A model generated the notes under the pieces. The model ran no database searches. It was not told the DNA's origin and saw nothing but the letters and a program-made list of their open reading frames with translations. A program made the translations under genes and the position numbers. This document shows, one piece after another, positions 24,998 through 37,757 of a stretch of DNA of 64,000 nucleotides. This DNA comes from the human T2T-CHM13v2.0 reference genome, Homo sapiens: contig CP068257.2 in assembly GCA_009914755.4 (NCBI GenBank), forward strand, positions 22,368,001 to 22,432,000. The letters are read 5' to 3'. Every line of letters begins with the position of its first letter. The stretch's first letter is position 1.

Positions 24998-27916
24998 TTT
25001 GAGAGAAGATGGCAGATAGGAGACAAAAATGACATGCAGCTCCCATCTGGATGGACAGAATAGCAAGGGGAGACTCACACTATGGACTTTTGCTCCAGGA
25101 ACCACCACAGAAGTGTACCAAGAAAACCAAAACAAATTACAATTTCTTTCAAAGAAATGGCAGCCTGCTGCAAATTCCTCAAGACAGACAAAAAACTCTG
25201 GTGCTCTCTTGAATGTGTCACCTCTTGGCTGGAGACCAGCCAACTCAGGACATTACAGCAACTCAGGACAGAACAACCATGCTCCAAGGAAGGAGAAAAC
25301 AACAGTTAATTCCACTGCCTGCAACATCCTGGCTAAACAGTTGTCCTGAGTCTGCCCATGTGACAAGTTCACTGCAAGAATAACTGGCATTCAAGAAAGC
25401 CAAAACACGAGCATATCTAAAATCAAGGACTCTCACAGAGTCTACTGCACTCCCCTGTTATCTCCAACAGAGCAGGTGCTAGTATCCATGGCTGGGAGAC
25501 CTGAAGATGGATTGCATCATAGTACTATTTGCAGACATTCCTCAGTACCAGCCCAGAGCTTTGTAGCCCCACTGGGTGGCTAAACCGAGAAGAGGAATAA
25601 TAATCATTGCAGTCTGGCTCAAAGGAAGCCCCATCCCTAGGGGAAGGGGGAGTGCATCACATCCAGGGATCACCTTGTGGGACAAAAGAATCTGGACAGC
25701 AGCCCTTGAGTTCCAGATTTTTCCACTGAAAGAGCCTATTCAAATGAGAAGGAATAAGAAAAGTAATTCTGGCAATAAGACAAAATGAGATTCTATAGCA
25801 CCCCCAAAAGACCACACTAGCTCCCCAGCAATGGATCCAAACCAAGAAGAAATCTCTTAATTACCAGATAAAGAATTCAGAAGGCTGATTATTGAGCTAC
25901 TCAAGGAGATATCAGAGAAAAGTGAGATCCAACTTAAATAAATAAAAAAAAATACAGTTGTGGATCAAAAATGCTCCAGAGAATTAGATTTAGAAAAAGC
26001 AACAATAACTTCTGGAAATGAAAGGCACATTTATAGAAGTGCATAATGCACTGAAAAGTTTCAGCGATAGAATTGAACAAGCAGAAGAAAGAACTTCAGA
26101 GCTTGAAGATAGGCTTTTGAAGTAACTCAATCAGACAAAGACAAAGAAAAAAGAATAAAAAAATGTACAAAGCCTCCAAGAAGTTTGAGATTATGTTAAA
26201 TGGCCAAACCTCAGAATAATTTGTATTCCTGAGGAAGAAGATAAATCTAAAAGTTTGGAAAATGTATTTGAGAGGCTATGAGGAAAACTGCCCTGGCCTT
26301 CCTAGAGATCTGGACATCCAAATACAAGAAGCTCAAAGAACACCTGAGAAATTCATTGCAAAAAGGTAATCACCCAGGTACACAGTCATCAAGTTACCTA
26401 AAGTCAGACAAAGGAAATAATCTTAAGAACTGTGCAGCAAAAGCATCAGGTAACCTACAAAGGAAAACCTATCATATTGACAGCAGATTTCTCAGCAGAA
26501 ACACTAGAAATGGGAAAGAACTGGGGTTCTATCTTTAGCCTCCTCGAACAAAATATTTGCCAGCCAAGAATTGTGTATCCAGCAGAACTAAGCTTCATCA
26601 GCAAAAGGGAAAAAAAGTCTTTTTCAGACAACAACAATAAAAAAAAAACACGCTGAGACAATTCACCACTACCAAGCCAGCACTACAAGAAATGCTAAAA
26701 CGTGTTCTAAATCTTGAAGGAAAACCTAGGAATTCAACAAAATAGAACTGCCTTAAACCATAAATCTCACAGGACTTATAAAACAATGACACAAAGGAAA
26801 AAAAAAAGGCATTCAGGCAACAACTAGCATGATGAATAACAATACCTCACATCTCAATACTAATGTTGAATGTAAATCACCTGATAATTTTACCAGGGAG
26901 GTATGCTACTATAAGATGTGTGTGTACCTCAAAGTAGAGCTTAACCATCATTGAGGCAAAGTAGAAACAACTAAAGGGAAAATTAGTTCACACTCATAGT
27001 TGAATATTTTACACCCAATTTTCAGTAATTGATGAAACTACTAGATACAAATATTAATAAACATATAAACTATTTAAATGACACTGTTTCTCAAATTACT
27101 TAAATTAAAATTTATGAACACTATACCCAGCTTTTCAGAATTCACATGGGAATTTCACCAAAGTAGACCAATTTTTGAGGCATATTATGACTTAATGAAT
27201 TAAAAAGAAAGAAATACTCCATACATTTTCACTGACCATGTGAAATTAATAACAACAGCAAAAAAACAATTAGAACAGATCCAAATATTTGGATATTTTA
27301 AATGACCTATGATTCAAAGAAGAAATTACAAAGGATATTAGAAAATGTGAATGAAATGAATTAACAACATATTAAAATTTATGGAATATTTCCACTGCCT
27401 TAAATATGTGGCTTTAAAGTTTTATAATATAGAATAAGAAAGGTTTAAAATCACTGAACTAAGTAAGTTTTCACCTTCAAAAACTTGAAAATGAGAAAAT
27501 TAAACATGAAGTAAGAATAAAGAAGAAAATAATAAAGAGCAGAAATCAATGAAACAAAAGTGAACTATAAGCAAAATTTATTCAAAAAACGTAAAAGCTG
27601 ATAAGGAGAATAAGGATATACAATGAAATAATAAATACCAAGAATGAAAGAGGTAGGAAGGGTAGAATTCATTCCAAAATTAAAATAATATTATTAAAAA
27701 TATGAAAAAAGTATGCTAATTCCACAACTTAGATAACATTGATTAATTACTGAAAAACAGAACATATCAAGACTATCACACAAAAAAATAGAAAATCAGA
27801 ATAAGACTATATCCATTAAAAAATTAAAATTATTTAAAAAAACATAAACAAAAACATCTCCGTAGCCACATGACATCAGATGTAATTATGTGGTTAATTT
27901 AAGAAAGTAATGTTGA
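24998..27916 (+). mobile_element. L1 (older primate subfamily) 5'UTR + ORF1 + start of ORF2, 3'-truncated
   Basis: The 5' end 'gagaagatggcagataggagacaaaaatgacatgcagctcccatctgg' parallels the L1 5'UTR start 'gccaagatggccgaataggaacagctcc'. ORF1 is seen as 'ccaaaccaagaagaaatctcttaattaccagataaagaattcagaaggctgattattgagctactcaaggag...'. Track ORFs at 26278-26538 and 26432-26656 translate to '...VTYKGKPIILTADFSAETLEMGKNWGSIFSLLEQNICQPRIVYPAELSFISKREKK', which matches the L1 ORF1p C-terminus. The ORF2 start reads 'cctcacatctcaatactaatgttgaatgtaaat'. Confidence 0.85.
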
Positions 27917-28152
27917 GGCTGGGCACAGTGGCTCACGCCTGTAATTCCAGCACTTTGGGAGGCTGAGGCAGTTGGATCATGAGGTCAGGAGTTTGAGACC
28001 AGCCTGACCAACATGGCAAAACCCCGTCTCTACTAAAAATACAAAAATTAGCCAGGTGTAGTGGGGGGCACCTGTAATCCCAGCTACTCAGGAGGCTGAG
28101 GCAGGAGAATCGCTTGTACCTGGGAGATGGAGGTTGCAGTGAGCCGAGATCC
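27917..28152 (+). mobile_element. Alu, 3'-truncated (no right-arm end or poly-A)
   Basis: 'ggctgggcacagtggctcacgcctgtaattccagcactttgggaggctgaggcagttggatcatgaggtcaggagtttgagaccagcctgaccaacatggcaaaaccccgtctctactaaaaatacaaaaattagccaggtgtag...ggttgcagtgagccgagatccc', then unrelated sequence. Confidence 0.95.
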
Positions 28153-30284
28153 CTTCAAAGCTGTATCTACATTATTGCTTGATTGAATAACCAAGGAATG
28201 GGAATTTTGGGCTTGTGAATTATACTTTTCTAGAGAGGCATGAGGGAGCCGTGGAAAGAACTCTATTACTGGGCCTGAGGAAATCATGGAAAGGAAGTGT
28301 AAAAGGTATCATTATATCAGACAGATAGAATATTCCAAGTGTGAAAGCAGTAAAATATATCTAATAAACACAGTCTCAACAAAAAAATGCTTATAATTAG
28401 TATACCAATATCAATATATCTCACACTTTAAAAAAATACTTCTTCAGAAAACTCTAAAGAAGTTATGTATCCCATGACCTGGTAAATGATGACTCAACTA
28501 TAATAGCAATTTCTTATACTTATGTAGCATTTTATATTTTTTATATCAAATTTGGAATCGTGTAAACCTTTAAACTTTTTAAAATCTTTACAAATTTATA
28601 TATTTTTAAATTAATCCTTCCTTTGCCTTGAAAATAAGACAACCAAAGGAGATATATCTCACAACCAAGAAAAGAATAAACCACGTATTATGAGTACAAT
28701 TCAAGTTATTTAACATTAGCCAGATGTTCGCATGCGGTGTGCTAGATATATCTTCATTAAAACAAGAATATTAAGTTTTATAACATACTTCAAGCTGACC
28801 TGTGTTGTATATAACCAAAACATATAAGATGATTCAATCTTTGGAAGATATAAATGTGGATATCACAGTGAAACAAGTTAATGGACAATATCATGGGGCA
28901 AGAGGCTCTTCCAGGGTCATTCCTTCCTAACAGAAAATATTTTAAATATTTGTGTTTTAAAACTTAAACAATTTTTGGTTCTGCATTGTTTTCAAAATTG
29001 TTCTATTGATTTATGACCATTGAGATAATATTATTTCAGCTATACATTTTTTAATAACCAAAAAAACAAAACATTTAGGGGAATCCTGAATCTAGTTTGA
29101 GATTGTGGTGTAAGCACAAAAATATGAGCAGTTACTGGATGACAGAAGGGAGTTCTCTATGAAAGTATTTGGATCTTTAACTAAATGAGCTAGGATAGAC
29201 TGTTGGAGTCCTCATCTCTACTCATAATATCTGGCTACCCTGGCATTTAGCTTAGCAAGGTAAAGGCATACAAGGCTGGTAAATAAACTAGACTTGGAAG
29301 CTTGAGAAGCAAAAACAAACAAATAGGATGAAATAATTATAAAGAAAACAGTATCTCATTTCCAATGCCAACCAAGAAAAAAATTATTTAAAAAAATGGA
29401 ATGAATAAAATGTGAGAAGTTTTGACAGAATAATAAATAATTAAAATGTGGTGTATCTTCCACTCTGCACATAGTTTTTTTTGTAAAACAAGGGGAGCAG
29501 GTGGTGTGAGAGAGAATTGTGTACAGCAAGGAATAAAAGGACACCCAGCATAAGGGTTGCTTCCAGCAGATTTATACAAGAAAATAAATTGTGGAAAGAA
29601 TGTCATTATAATTGCTTAAAAATACTTTGCAATTTTGCTTTTCCATTCTCCTTTTCCTATTTCTACTGCCACCCATTTCACCTCTCATAACAACGTCTTT
29701 ACTAGCTTTTGCTTTTATTACGTGCGACATAAGCTAGGGAAGAATAGTGGAAATGACTATATGAATGAAAAAAAGACATCTATATTTTGACCAAGGGTGA
29801 CATCATTCTCCATATTCCAACTGGATATGATTCCAAAGGCAGACAGTAAAAAGAAGAAGAATGAGACTTAACCGAAGTATGAAATAAAGAGGAGATGTCA
29901 ACTGTAGTTTCTGTTCAACAAGGGCTGAAAGTAGATTCTTTTAAACAAAATGTGAGGCATTTTATCAAACAAGCCATTTCTATTTTTGACCGAACTCTAT
30001 AAATAACAATGTAAAGCAAAAGTGCTCTTTAAGTATAATGTAGTAGATTGGAAAATACTAAAAATCTAAAGGTATATTCTAAAACTACCATTATATAGAC
30101 TTACTCATATGTAGTTAATATTTTGAATTCTGCACTCTACAACTAACATTAACTTGGAAATGTTTGTATCTGTAAACCACACACTTGTTTTTAATGAGTC
30201 TAGTTTCAAAGCAAAACTGTTCTCTCTTTCAAATTATGATTTTAGGAAGTAGTGTAATTTAGTGGTGATTCTTAAAGGAGTTAA

Positions 30285-30380
30285 GGACAATTGAGCTTAT
30301 ACTTTAGTGTCATACCACTTACTAGCTTGGACACACATGTGCCACAGGTTTCCTATCTATAAGAGAAAGTAAGCTGGGTA
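30285..30380 (+). mobile_element. Possible MIR fragment
   Basis: 'ccacttactagcttggacacacatgtgccacaggtttcctatctataagagaaagtaagctggg' parallels MIR 'ccacttactagctgtgtgaccttgggcaagtcacttaacctctctg...tcctcatctgtaaaatgggg'. Confidence 0.3.
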
Positions 30381-31074
30381 TATAAGCTAAATAACATATG
30401 GATCAGGAACTGTTCTGAAAAACTGAATATACAGTGATGAACAAGAAAGACAATGTGCTTAGACTAGAAACCTAAATTCTCATAAGTGGATAAAACAACA
30501 AATAAATGACCAAGATAGATTGTATGGTGTGGCATCTGTTATGAGGTAAATAAAAAAGACAGTTTGTTAAAAGTGACTCTGTGAGGAAGATGTTTTTAAT
30601 TGGGTGGTTCTGGAGTGCCTCAATGAGTAGGTGACGATTGTAATGTTCCTAAATGGTTAGGAATCTAGGATCTAAAGAAGACCTTTCCTGGTAGATGAAA
30701 CATAATAGAAAGGCCCTAGGGTATACATTTGCTTCATTGGTAGGAAGAGAAAGAAGGCTGTGGTCGTCCGAGGAAAGTAAGTCATTAAGTAAGTCATTAA
30801 GAAAATGGCGTGCAATAGAAATGGTGGAAACAAAGAATGGTTCAGATCACAGAAGGCCTTGGGGACTGTAATGGATGCCATTGGCTTACCCTTTTATATT
30901 CATTATCTACTCTGTCATGTGCTTTATGTATTCAGAAATGTAAACTGTATAAATTGCTGCAGTGGGTTGATTTATTTTTGGTTTTGCTGTTGGGTTTGGC
31001 AAATAGGTGACCCCAGGAGGATATCCAGAAATTAAGAAGAAAAAGAGGTGTTAGTACTACTTCACTATGACTAC

Positions 31075-31440
31075 GGTCTGAATATTTGTATACCTACAAA
31101 TTTGTATGTTGAAATCCTAACACCCAGTGTAATCATGGCAGAAGGTAGGGCTTTTGGAATGTAATAAGGTTATGATGGTATAGTCCTCATGAACGGGATT
31201 AGTGCCTTAGAAGCCTAAGAGACACCTCTTACCCCTTCCACCATGGGAGGGTCCAGCAAGAAGGCACTGTCTATGGACCAGAAAGTTGACCCTCATGAGA
31301 CACTGCGTCTGCCACCTCCTTGATCTCGTACTTCTCAGGCTCTAGAACTCTGAGAAATAGATTTTGTGATGTATAGGCCACCCAGTTTATGCTGTTTTGT
31401 TATAGAAGCCTGAATGGACTGAGACACATATTGATTCACC
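31075..31440 (+). repeat. Second copy of the unassigned ancient repeat family seen at 11873-12216
   Basis: 'tgtatgttgaaatcctaacacccagtgtaatcatggcagaaggtagggcttttggaatgtaataaggttatgatggtatagtcctcatgaacgggattagtgcc...tctagaactctgagaaatagattttgtgatgtataggccacccagtttatgctgttttgttatagaagcctgaatggactgagaca'. Confidence 0.55.
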
Positions 31441-32057
31441 CTGGAGCAACAGGATCCCTCTATAGAAAGCCCCAACTCCTATGAGGTAGACCTGTCCAGA
31501 CAGCTACTCTTTCTGGACACTGTAACAAATCACAACCCTTCAATCATAGGCTTGGTGAAGTCTCCCTCCTGTTGCAGGCCTGAAGCCCTGTACTACTCCC
31601 TGCTGGCTCACCTAAACTCTGACTACATCTACAACAATAATCCCATTATTTAGTTATCTTTAATTTGCCAAGTTTCAATGGGCTCTCTATTTCCTGCCGG
31701 GACTCTATCTGATGAAAACATAATAGTAAGGATTTGGTTTAATTATAACATGCATATTACATGCAAAATGCCTCATGTCATTACTCACAATTAGAAAACT
31801 TAATGCATTCTCAATGACACTATGGGAAACAGTGCTACATTTGCCATCCTCTCTCTTGATCTCTTTACCAGTGACCAACAGTGGACAGACCAGGAGATTG
31901 TATTTGTAGCCTTCAAATAGCACAAACTTGAATATTTTCTAGTAAATTTCCTGATTCTTCTCTTGCGATCTCCTGACTTCTGAAAAGGCAGAATGACCTA
32001 TCAGGAATACCACAGATACTAATGGGCAGGTTGCAGGTAGTCTTAAGAAAATTTCCA

Positions 32058-32337
32058 GGCTGGGCGTAGTGGCTCACACCTGTAATCCCAGCACTTTTGA
32101 GGTCCAGAGTTTGAGATCAGCCTGACCAACATGGTGAAACCCTGTCTCTACTGAAAATACAAAAATTAGCTGGGCATGGGGGTGCATGCCTGTAGTCCAA
32201 GCTGCTTGGGGATGGGGGCGCTGAAGCATGAGAATCACTTGAACCCAGAGGCAGAAGTTGCAGTGAGCCGAGATTGCACCACTACACTCCAGCCTGGGCG
32301 ATAGAGTAAGACTCTGTCTAAAAAAAAAAAAAAAAAA
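32058..32337 (+). mobile_element. Alu with an internal ~25-bp deletion, poly-A tail, ~10-bp TSD
   Basis: 'ggctgggcgtagtggctcacacctgtaatcccagcacttttgaggtccagagtttgagatcagcctgaccaacatggtgaaaccctgtctctactgaaaatacaaaaattagctgggcatgg...gactctgtctaaaaaaaaaaaaaaaaa'. Flanks are 'aaaatttcca' (32048-32057 and 32334-32343). Confidence 0.95.
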
Positions 32338-33238
32338 TTTCCAATCCACACCCCTGCAAGAAATGGAAGATGATAAAGAGGGGAAAATGCATAATTAATT
32401 TTGCTCTCGTAAGAATCTCCTTAAAAATCTATATGAACAGGCAAAAAAGGCATTGATTGTCTGAAAAATTGGAAGGGATTTTGCAAAATGAACTGCTTGC
32501 ATGCTTGAATTTTTTACACCTAAAGTATTTCTTGCTTTAAATCATTGTTAAGTCTTAGTTTCTGCTCCTAAAATAAGGAAATATTGAATATTTTAAGACA
32601 AAACATCCAATCTAAGTATATGCTGTTCATTTAAGAAAAACACAGTTTCTCTTGAGATGGCTCAGACCTGCTAGATTTTTTTAAGCAAAATAGATAAATA
32701 GAAAGATATTCAATCCAAGTTTAGGTTTAGTGCAAACACAGATAAAACGCTTGAGTTATTCTCCAAAGCTCTAGCAATTTCTTCCCATAAAACTACATCA
32801 ACATAATACATTCTGTGTTTACACAGGTAAACAGAAGCAGAGGTTTGAACAAGAATCTGGTGATTTTGATCAGCATAAACATCCAGGAACTGAATTATCT
32901 GAATAGCTGAGATCAAAATCTCCCTCTTTCTTTCACATCAGGTTTCCATTTATTTATTTAGAACATTTAGCTGATGATTAAGGACACGAGATTTGGGGAA
33001 AGAGGGGTTTGAATTTTTTAAAATTAATTTGTGTACAAAGGGAATATAAAGACTTAAACTTTGTTGGGTATTCACCAGATAAGAGCATTTAGCCCTGACT
33101 TAAGAAATGTAAATCAAATCTCCACATCACACAGGAGAAAGTTGACAATTATAAAAGAAAATAAAATAATGCAGTATTTTCACTAGGTCCACATTTTCAA
33201 GTTGTTTTAAGATAATACTATTTCTTTTCATAAAACAG

Positions 33239-33318
33239 GAGGTTCCTTTGTCAACGAATTCAACAAAGCTGTAAGCAAAGCCAATGGAAGAATATGTCAG
33301 ATACTGAGTTTATGACAG
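33239..33318 (+). other. Candidate 80-bp exon-like segment (speculative)
   Basis: Upstream pyrimidine tract plus AG ('ctatttcttttcataaaacag|GAGGTTCC...'). Downstream consensus donor '...TTTATGACAG|gtaagttg'. One frame is open across the segment and contains ATG ('..WKNMSDTEFMT'). No other support. Confidence 0.12.
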
Positions 33319-33456
33319 GTAAGTTGTTTGCTTTTGGAGGTGGTTGTAGATGTTGCTGGCTTAATTAGTATTGAGGGAAATGAGAAGGCTTAAGATACTT
33401 TATCCATTTAGAGGTTCAAGGTACCTAGGCCCAAATATTCCAATAAACCACATTTT

Positions 33457-33521
33457 TTTTTTTTTTTGAGACAGGAGTCTTGCTCTGTTGCCCAGGCTGG
33501 AGTGCAGTGGTGCGATATCGG
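33457..33521 (-). mobile_element. Extremely 5'-truncated Alu (last ~50 bp plus poly-A) with a perfect 18-bp TSD
   Basis: 'tttttttttttttttgagacaggagtcttgctctgttgcccaggctggagtgcagtggtgcgatatcgg' is flanked by identical 'ccaataaaccacattttt' at 33439-33456 and 33522-33539. Confidence 0.85.
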
Positions 33522-35829
33522 CCAATAAACCACATTTTTGCATTCAACTACATGAAATGTTGATTAAAGTCTTCGAGAATAAACAATAACATCAGCAGCA
33601 ACAACAACCATGAAATATTTCCTTCTCATTTCTAACAGTTATGACTACACTAGGATTTCTCTGTTTATAAATCTTTCCTTTTTGGGCTATCAAGTAGTCT
33701 AATCACTCTCAGTCTTAAGCTTTATTTGTTTTTACTCAGCCATTGGTTAATTGGTTCACTCAACAAACACAGTTGTGAGATGCCTACTAAACGTCAAGGT
33801 AATACTAAATAATGAGAATATACAGATTTATAACACAGAGACATCATTTCTACTATGGAGGGGGTTAACATTCTTTAATTATTAACCACTAGTATGGTAG
33901 TAAAAAGAAAATAAAATTCAACCGTTACTTTACAGTTACATTAGGATTTCAAGTTATTTTTGGTTAGAAATTAAAACAATCATGAGGCATTTAACTGGAA
34001 CTTTTATATTTAAATTAGTATTTTCTAACCTTTTTCTACTAGCGTTTTTGTTTTTTACTAATGATAAAGAGGACCATTATAAACTGGAGGGATTCAGATG
34101 TCACAACGTTATTATAAGGTTTGACTTACTGTAAAATTTCCTTACCTGGAAGGTTTAAGTCAATTACAGCCCTGCAGGGGGAGTCTTCATTATTACAAAA
34201 GGAACTTGAGAAGGGTATTTATTTGTTCTTCTGAACAAGGGCATCAATATACATATTTTGCTTACAAATGGTAGGTTTGTAATTAGGTCTCTTCTAGTAT
34301 GAACTAAACTTGAACCTTCTTATTTTGCCTAAGTGTTCTCTAAATTACATGTGTACTTTGATTTTTAGTAATTTACTTCATTGTCTCTCAAGACACTACT
34401 AGTGCTTATGATTACCTTTTTTAGCAATTGATGATCCTTAATAACTGATTTTCTAAGTGGAATACTTAAAAATTCTCACAATAAATTTTTAAAGTATAAA
34501 AGCAACAACATTTCTGATATACAGGCTCTTCTTTAGCTGCAGGGTGTGTGTAAAACTCAGTAATCTTATCTTGGTATGGATTTGACTTCCTGTAGATTAA
34601 CTGTACTTTAATCTGCTTATGTTCTGATTCTCATATTTTTCACTATTCCTTCTGATACAGTTAAACAAGCTTAGGGTGCAAAGCTTACAGTGCTATCCCT
34701 GAGACAGCAAATTAAGTAATTACTAATCAAAAGAAGAAGATGAAAGGAGAGATAGATAAGTCATTAGCATTGATTTTAACTAGCAATTCTAGGCCACCAT
34801 AAGTCAAAGAGTGAGTTCTTGGAGAGAAAGATATGGACGCTCCATCCCAGAAACATAGCAGAAAGTGGGATTTTGGGGAAAAGGAATGAGACCCCAATCT
34901 TCTAGGTTGTTCAACCCATAACTATAGTAAGTAGAGCACCAGATAACCTAGACTCTTGCTTCCCTTATGTAAAGTTTCATACTCAAATCTAGATGCCCCA
35001 TAAGGTGCAACATCAGATCTGCACCTTTGATTATAGCCTCCTTTATTCTCATACTGATTCCATTCAGATTAATATCTGCTGTATGCATATTTATATAATG
35101 ACATAAATATTGACTCTAGTAAAGAAGAAAATCAGATTTTTAATTAAATGATTAATGCTAGTAATAAAATATTTGTCTTTTATTTAAAGTTGTACACAAA
35201 TGTTGATAAAATAGTTAACTTTTAAGCTTTCTCCTGTCTCCACAAGCCAAAAGCTTTAGAAGGCTGAAGAATTTAAATATCATTTTTAAAAGCTAGTATA
35301 TGTTCCAGAATTTATTTATAAAAAGATTTTGTTGTTTTGTGCATCACTTCACAGAAAAATTAACGTCATTGGAGTTACTAAGTCAATGATTCTTGGTAGT
35401 ATAAATGGATTTTTGTGGCAACCGATATAAATTTACATAGGAAGGACTGCAGAAAGCTCGATGAAAAACCAACACCAGAAAAAAAAAAAAAAAGCAGAAA
35501 AGCCAAAATTTCTCTCCCAGGAGAAGCCATGTGCTATTAGTAGCAATGTAGCAATGCCAAGTTTGTGAAAATTAGGGTTTTGACAAATCCAATGCTAGTG
35601 GACCTTGACTGATTTTTCTGTTTTGACAAATAGCATAAGTCATTTGAATGAAGCTAATTCTGCTGACAAAAATTATGGATTTATTTCTTCTGTCATTGTA
35701 CGTTGCTCACAGGATAAAAAAAAAAAACTACTAATAAATTCATTATGTTGCATTTCTAAGCCTTGAGAATATCCTGACTTCTTTCTATTTTGTTTTTGCT
35801 TGAATATTTCAAATGTTGATTGCAAAAAC

Positions 35830-36260
35830 GCCCCCTGCTGACCACAGCTCCCCGTTATGCATGCTGTTTGTACATGTCATTGCAGCTCTTCCCATTTAGA
35901 GGTGGACTTGCTTTCTCTATCCCCTGAATCAGAGCTGGCCTTGTGACTTGATTTGGACAATAGAATGCAGGGCAGTCATGGTGTGGCATTCTGAGCCTAG
36001 TTCTCCAGAAAGCTGGCATGCTGCCACTCTCTTGGAATGCTGCCCTTTTGCCTTGGACTGGCCAGCTGTAGGATTAGAGACTACAATGAGCAGAGCTGAT
36101 GCATCTCAGCTAAGGTCATCTTAGACCAGCCAGTTCCCACTGACTCATCTCCAACATCAGCCAAATATGACCTAGATCTGCAGAGCCTTCCAAAGATCAG
36201 TCTCATGAGAAAGAATAAAATGATAATAGTTTTAAAACTCTAAGATACCGGTGTTTGGCT
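35830..36260 (+). mobile_element. Possible old MaLR-type LTR (MLT1-like), unresolved
   Basis: Text style and 3' end '...gtctcatgagaaagaataaaatgataatagttttaaaactctaagataccggtgtttggctac' resemble MLT1 LTR ends ('...gagataataaatgtttgttgttttaagccactaagttttgggg'). Confidence 0.3.
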
Positions 36261-37366
36261 ACAAAAAATAATTAAAAATTTGAAATGAACTGCTGACTGT
36301 CATGGTATTAAATCTCACATATTTATTTAACAAATATTTACTAAAATTCGCCAAGTGCCTAGAACTCTGCAAGGCACTCCAGAGGAAATAAAAATTATAT
36401 GAAAACAAGACTTTGACCCAATTAACATAATTCTTGAGGAGAACAACACTGCATGCCCTACGCAAGTCTTGAATATTTATGTACACTTCAAATTTTCCTG
36501 ATTCATGACAATTCTCTCATTTTTAATCTAGGAATACCACCAAGACTTTCTGACTTCCAAGGGGCTTTAGAAATATTCAAATCTTCAGAGCAATCACTTC
36601 ATGGTAGTCAAATTCTAGAAAACAATGTATATCCTTGTGTTAGGACTAAATTAAAATAATTAATTAAGACATAAATATAACTAAAGTTCCTTTTAAAAAT
36701 CCTGCTCTTAAGTAAAATTATGTTAATATTACCCTGCACTAAAATATGAAAAAATAAAGTTATTCATAGCTTATTATATTATTTACTGTTTTAATCTTTC
36801 TGTTATGGTTGTTTGAATGTTAAATTTGATGCCTTTGTTTTATCATTGTACCAAGAATGATAGTTCTCAATATAAAGTGAAAGCTGCAAAAAAAAAAAAA
36901 AAGTAAGCCTTTTTGTTTTTTCCGACAGGAAATTACTTTCACACAGGCAGACTTACTAGATTAACCATTCATGGCTACCCACTTAAATGGAAAGAGACCC
37001 ACAGTAGCAGATTGTGGATCGTTCTACAACATCTTTAGCGTAAACTTAAAGGCAAAAGGAATTAGTCTTGACAAACCCCTAAACTGGTCAAGTAGAAAAA
37101 TGCCCCTGATAGAAACTTCCCTCACTATGTTGTGTTATTAGTGAAAAGAGGACAAGGGAGTAAAACAATGTTAAGAAGGAGGAAGAAAAGAGTGCATATA
37201 CCATAAAGAGCAGGCAAGTGAACCACAAATGAGGCTTCTCCATTTAGCCCAGTTCCTCCTTTTTAAGCACTACTGAACAAACTAAAGAACTTCTCTAGGC
37301 CTCCATGTGCCCTATTTTATAAAATTTTTACAAGAACCCTATGCAACTAAACTTTAAAGAGTCTTA

Positions 37367-37757
<391 letters not shown>

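Noticed and set aside
24836-25243. 135-aa antisense ORF starting inside the L1 5'UTR and reading out into the upstream flank (an ORF0-like arrangement)
   Set aside because: It is tempting because primate L1 5'UTRs carry an antisense ORF0. However, this L1 is an older subfamily, the ORF is mostly in A-rich flank with low-complexity translation (…LLFYFDSSISF…), and I cannot show homology. It is unsupported.
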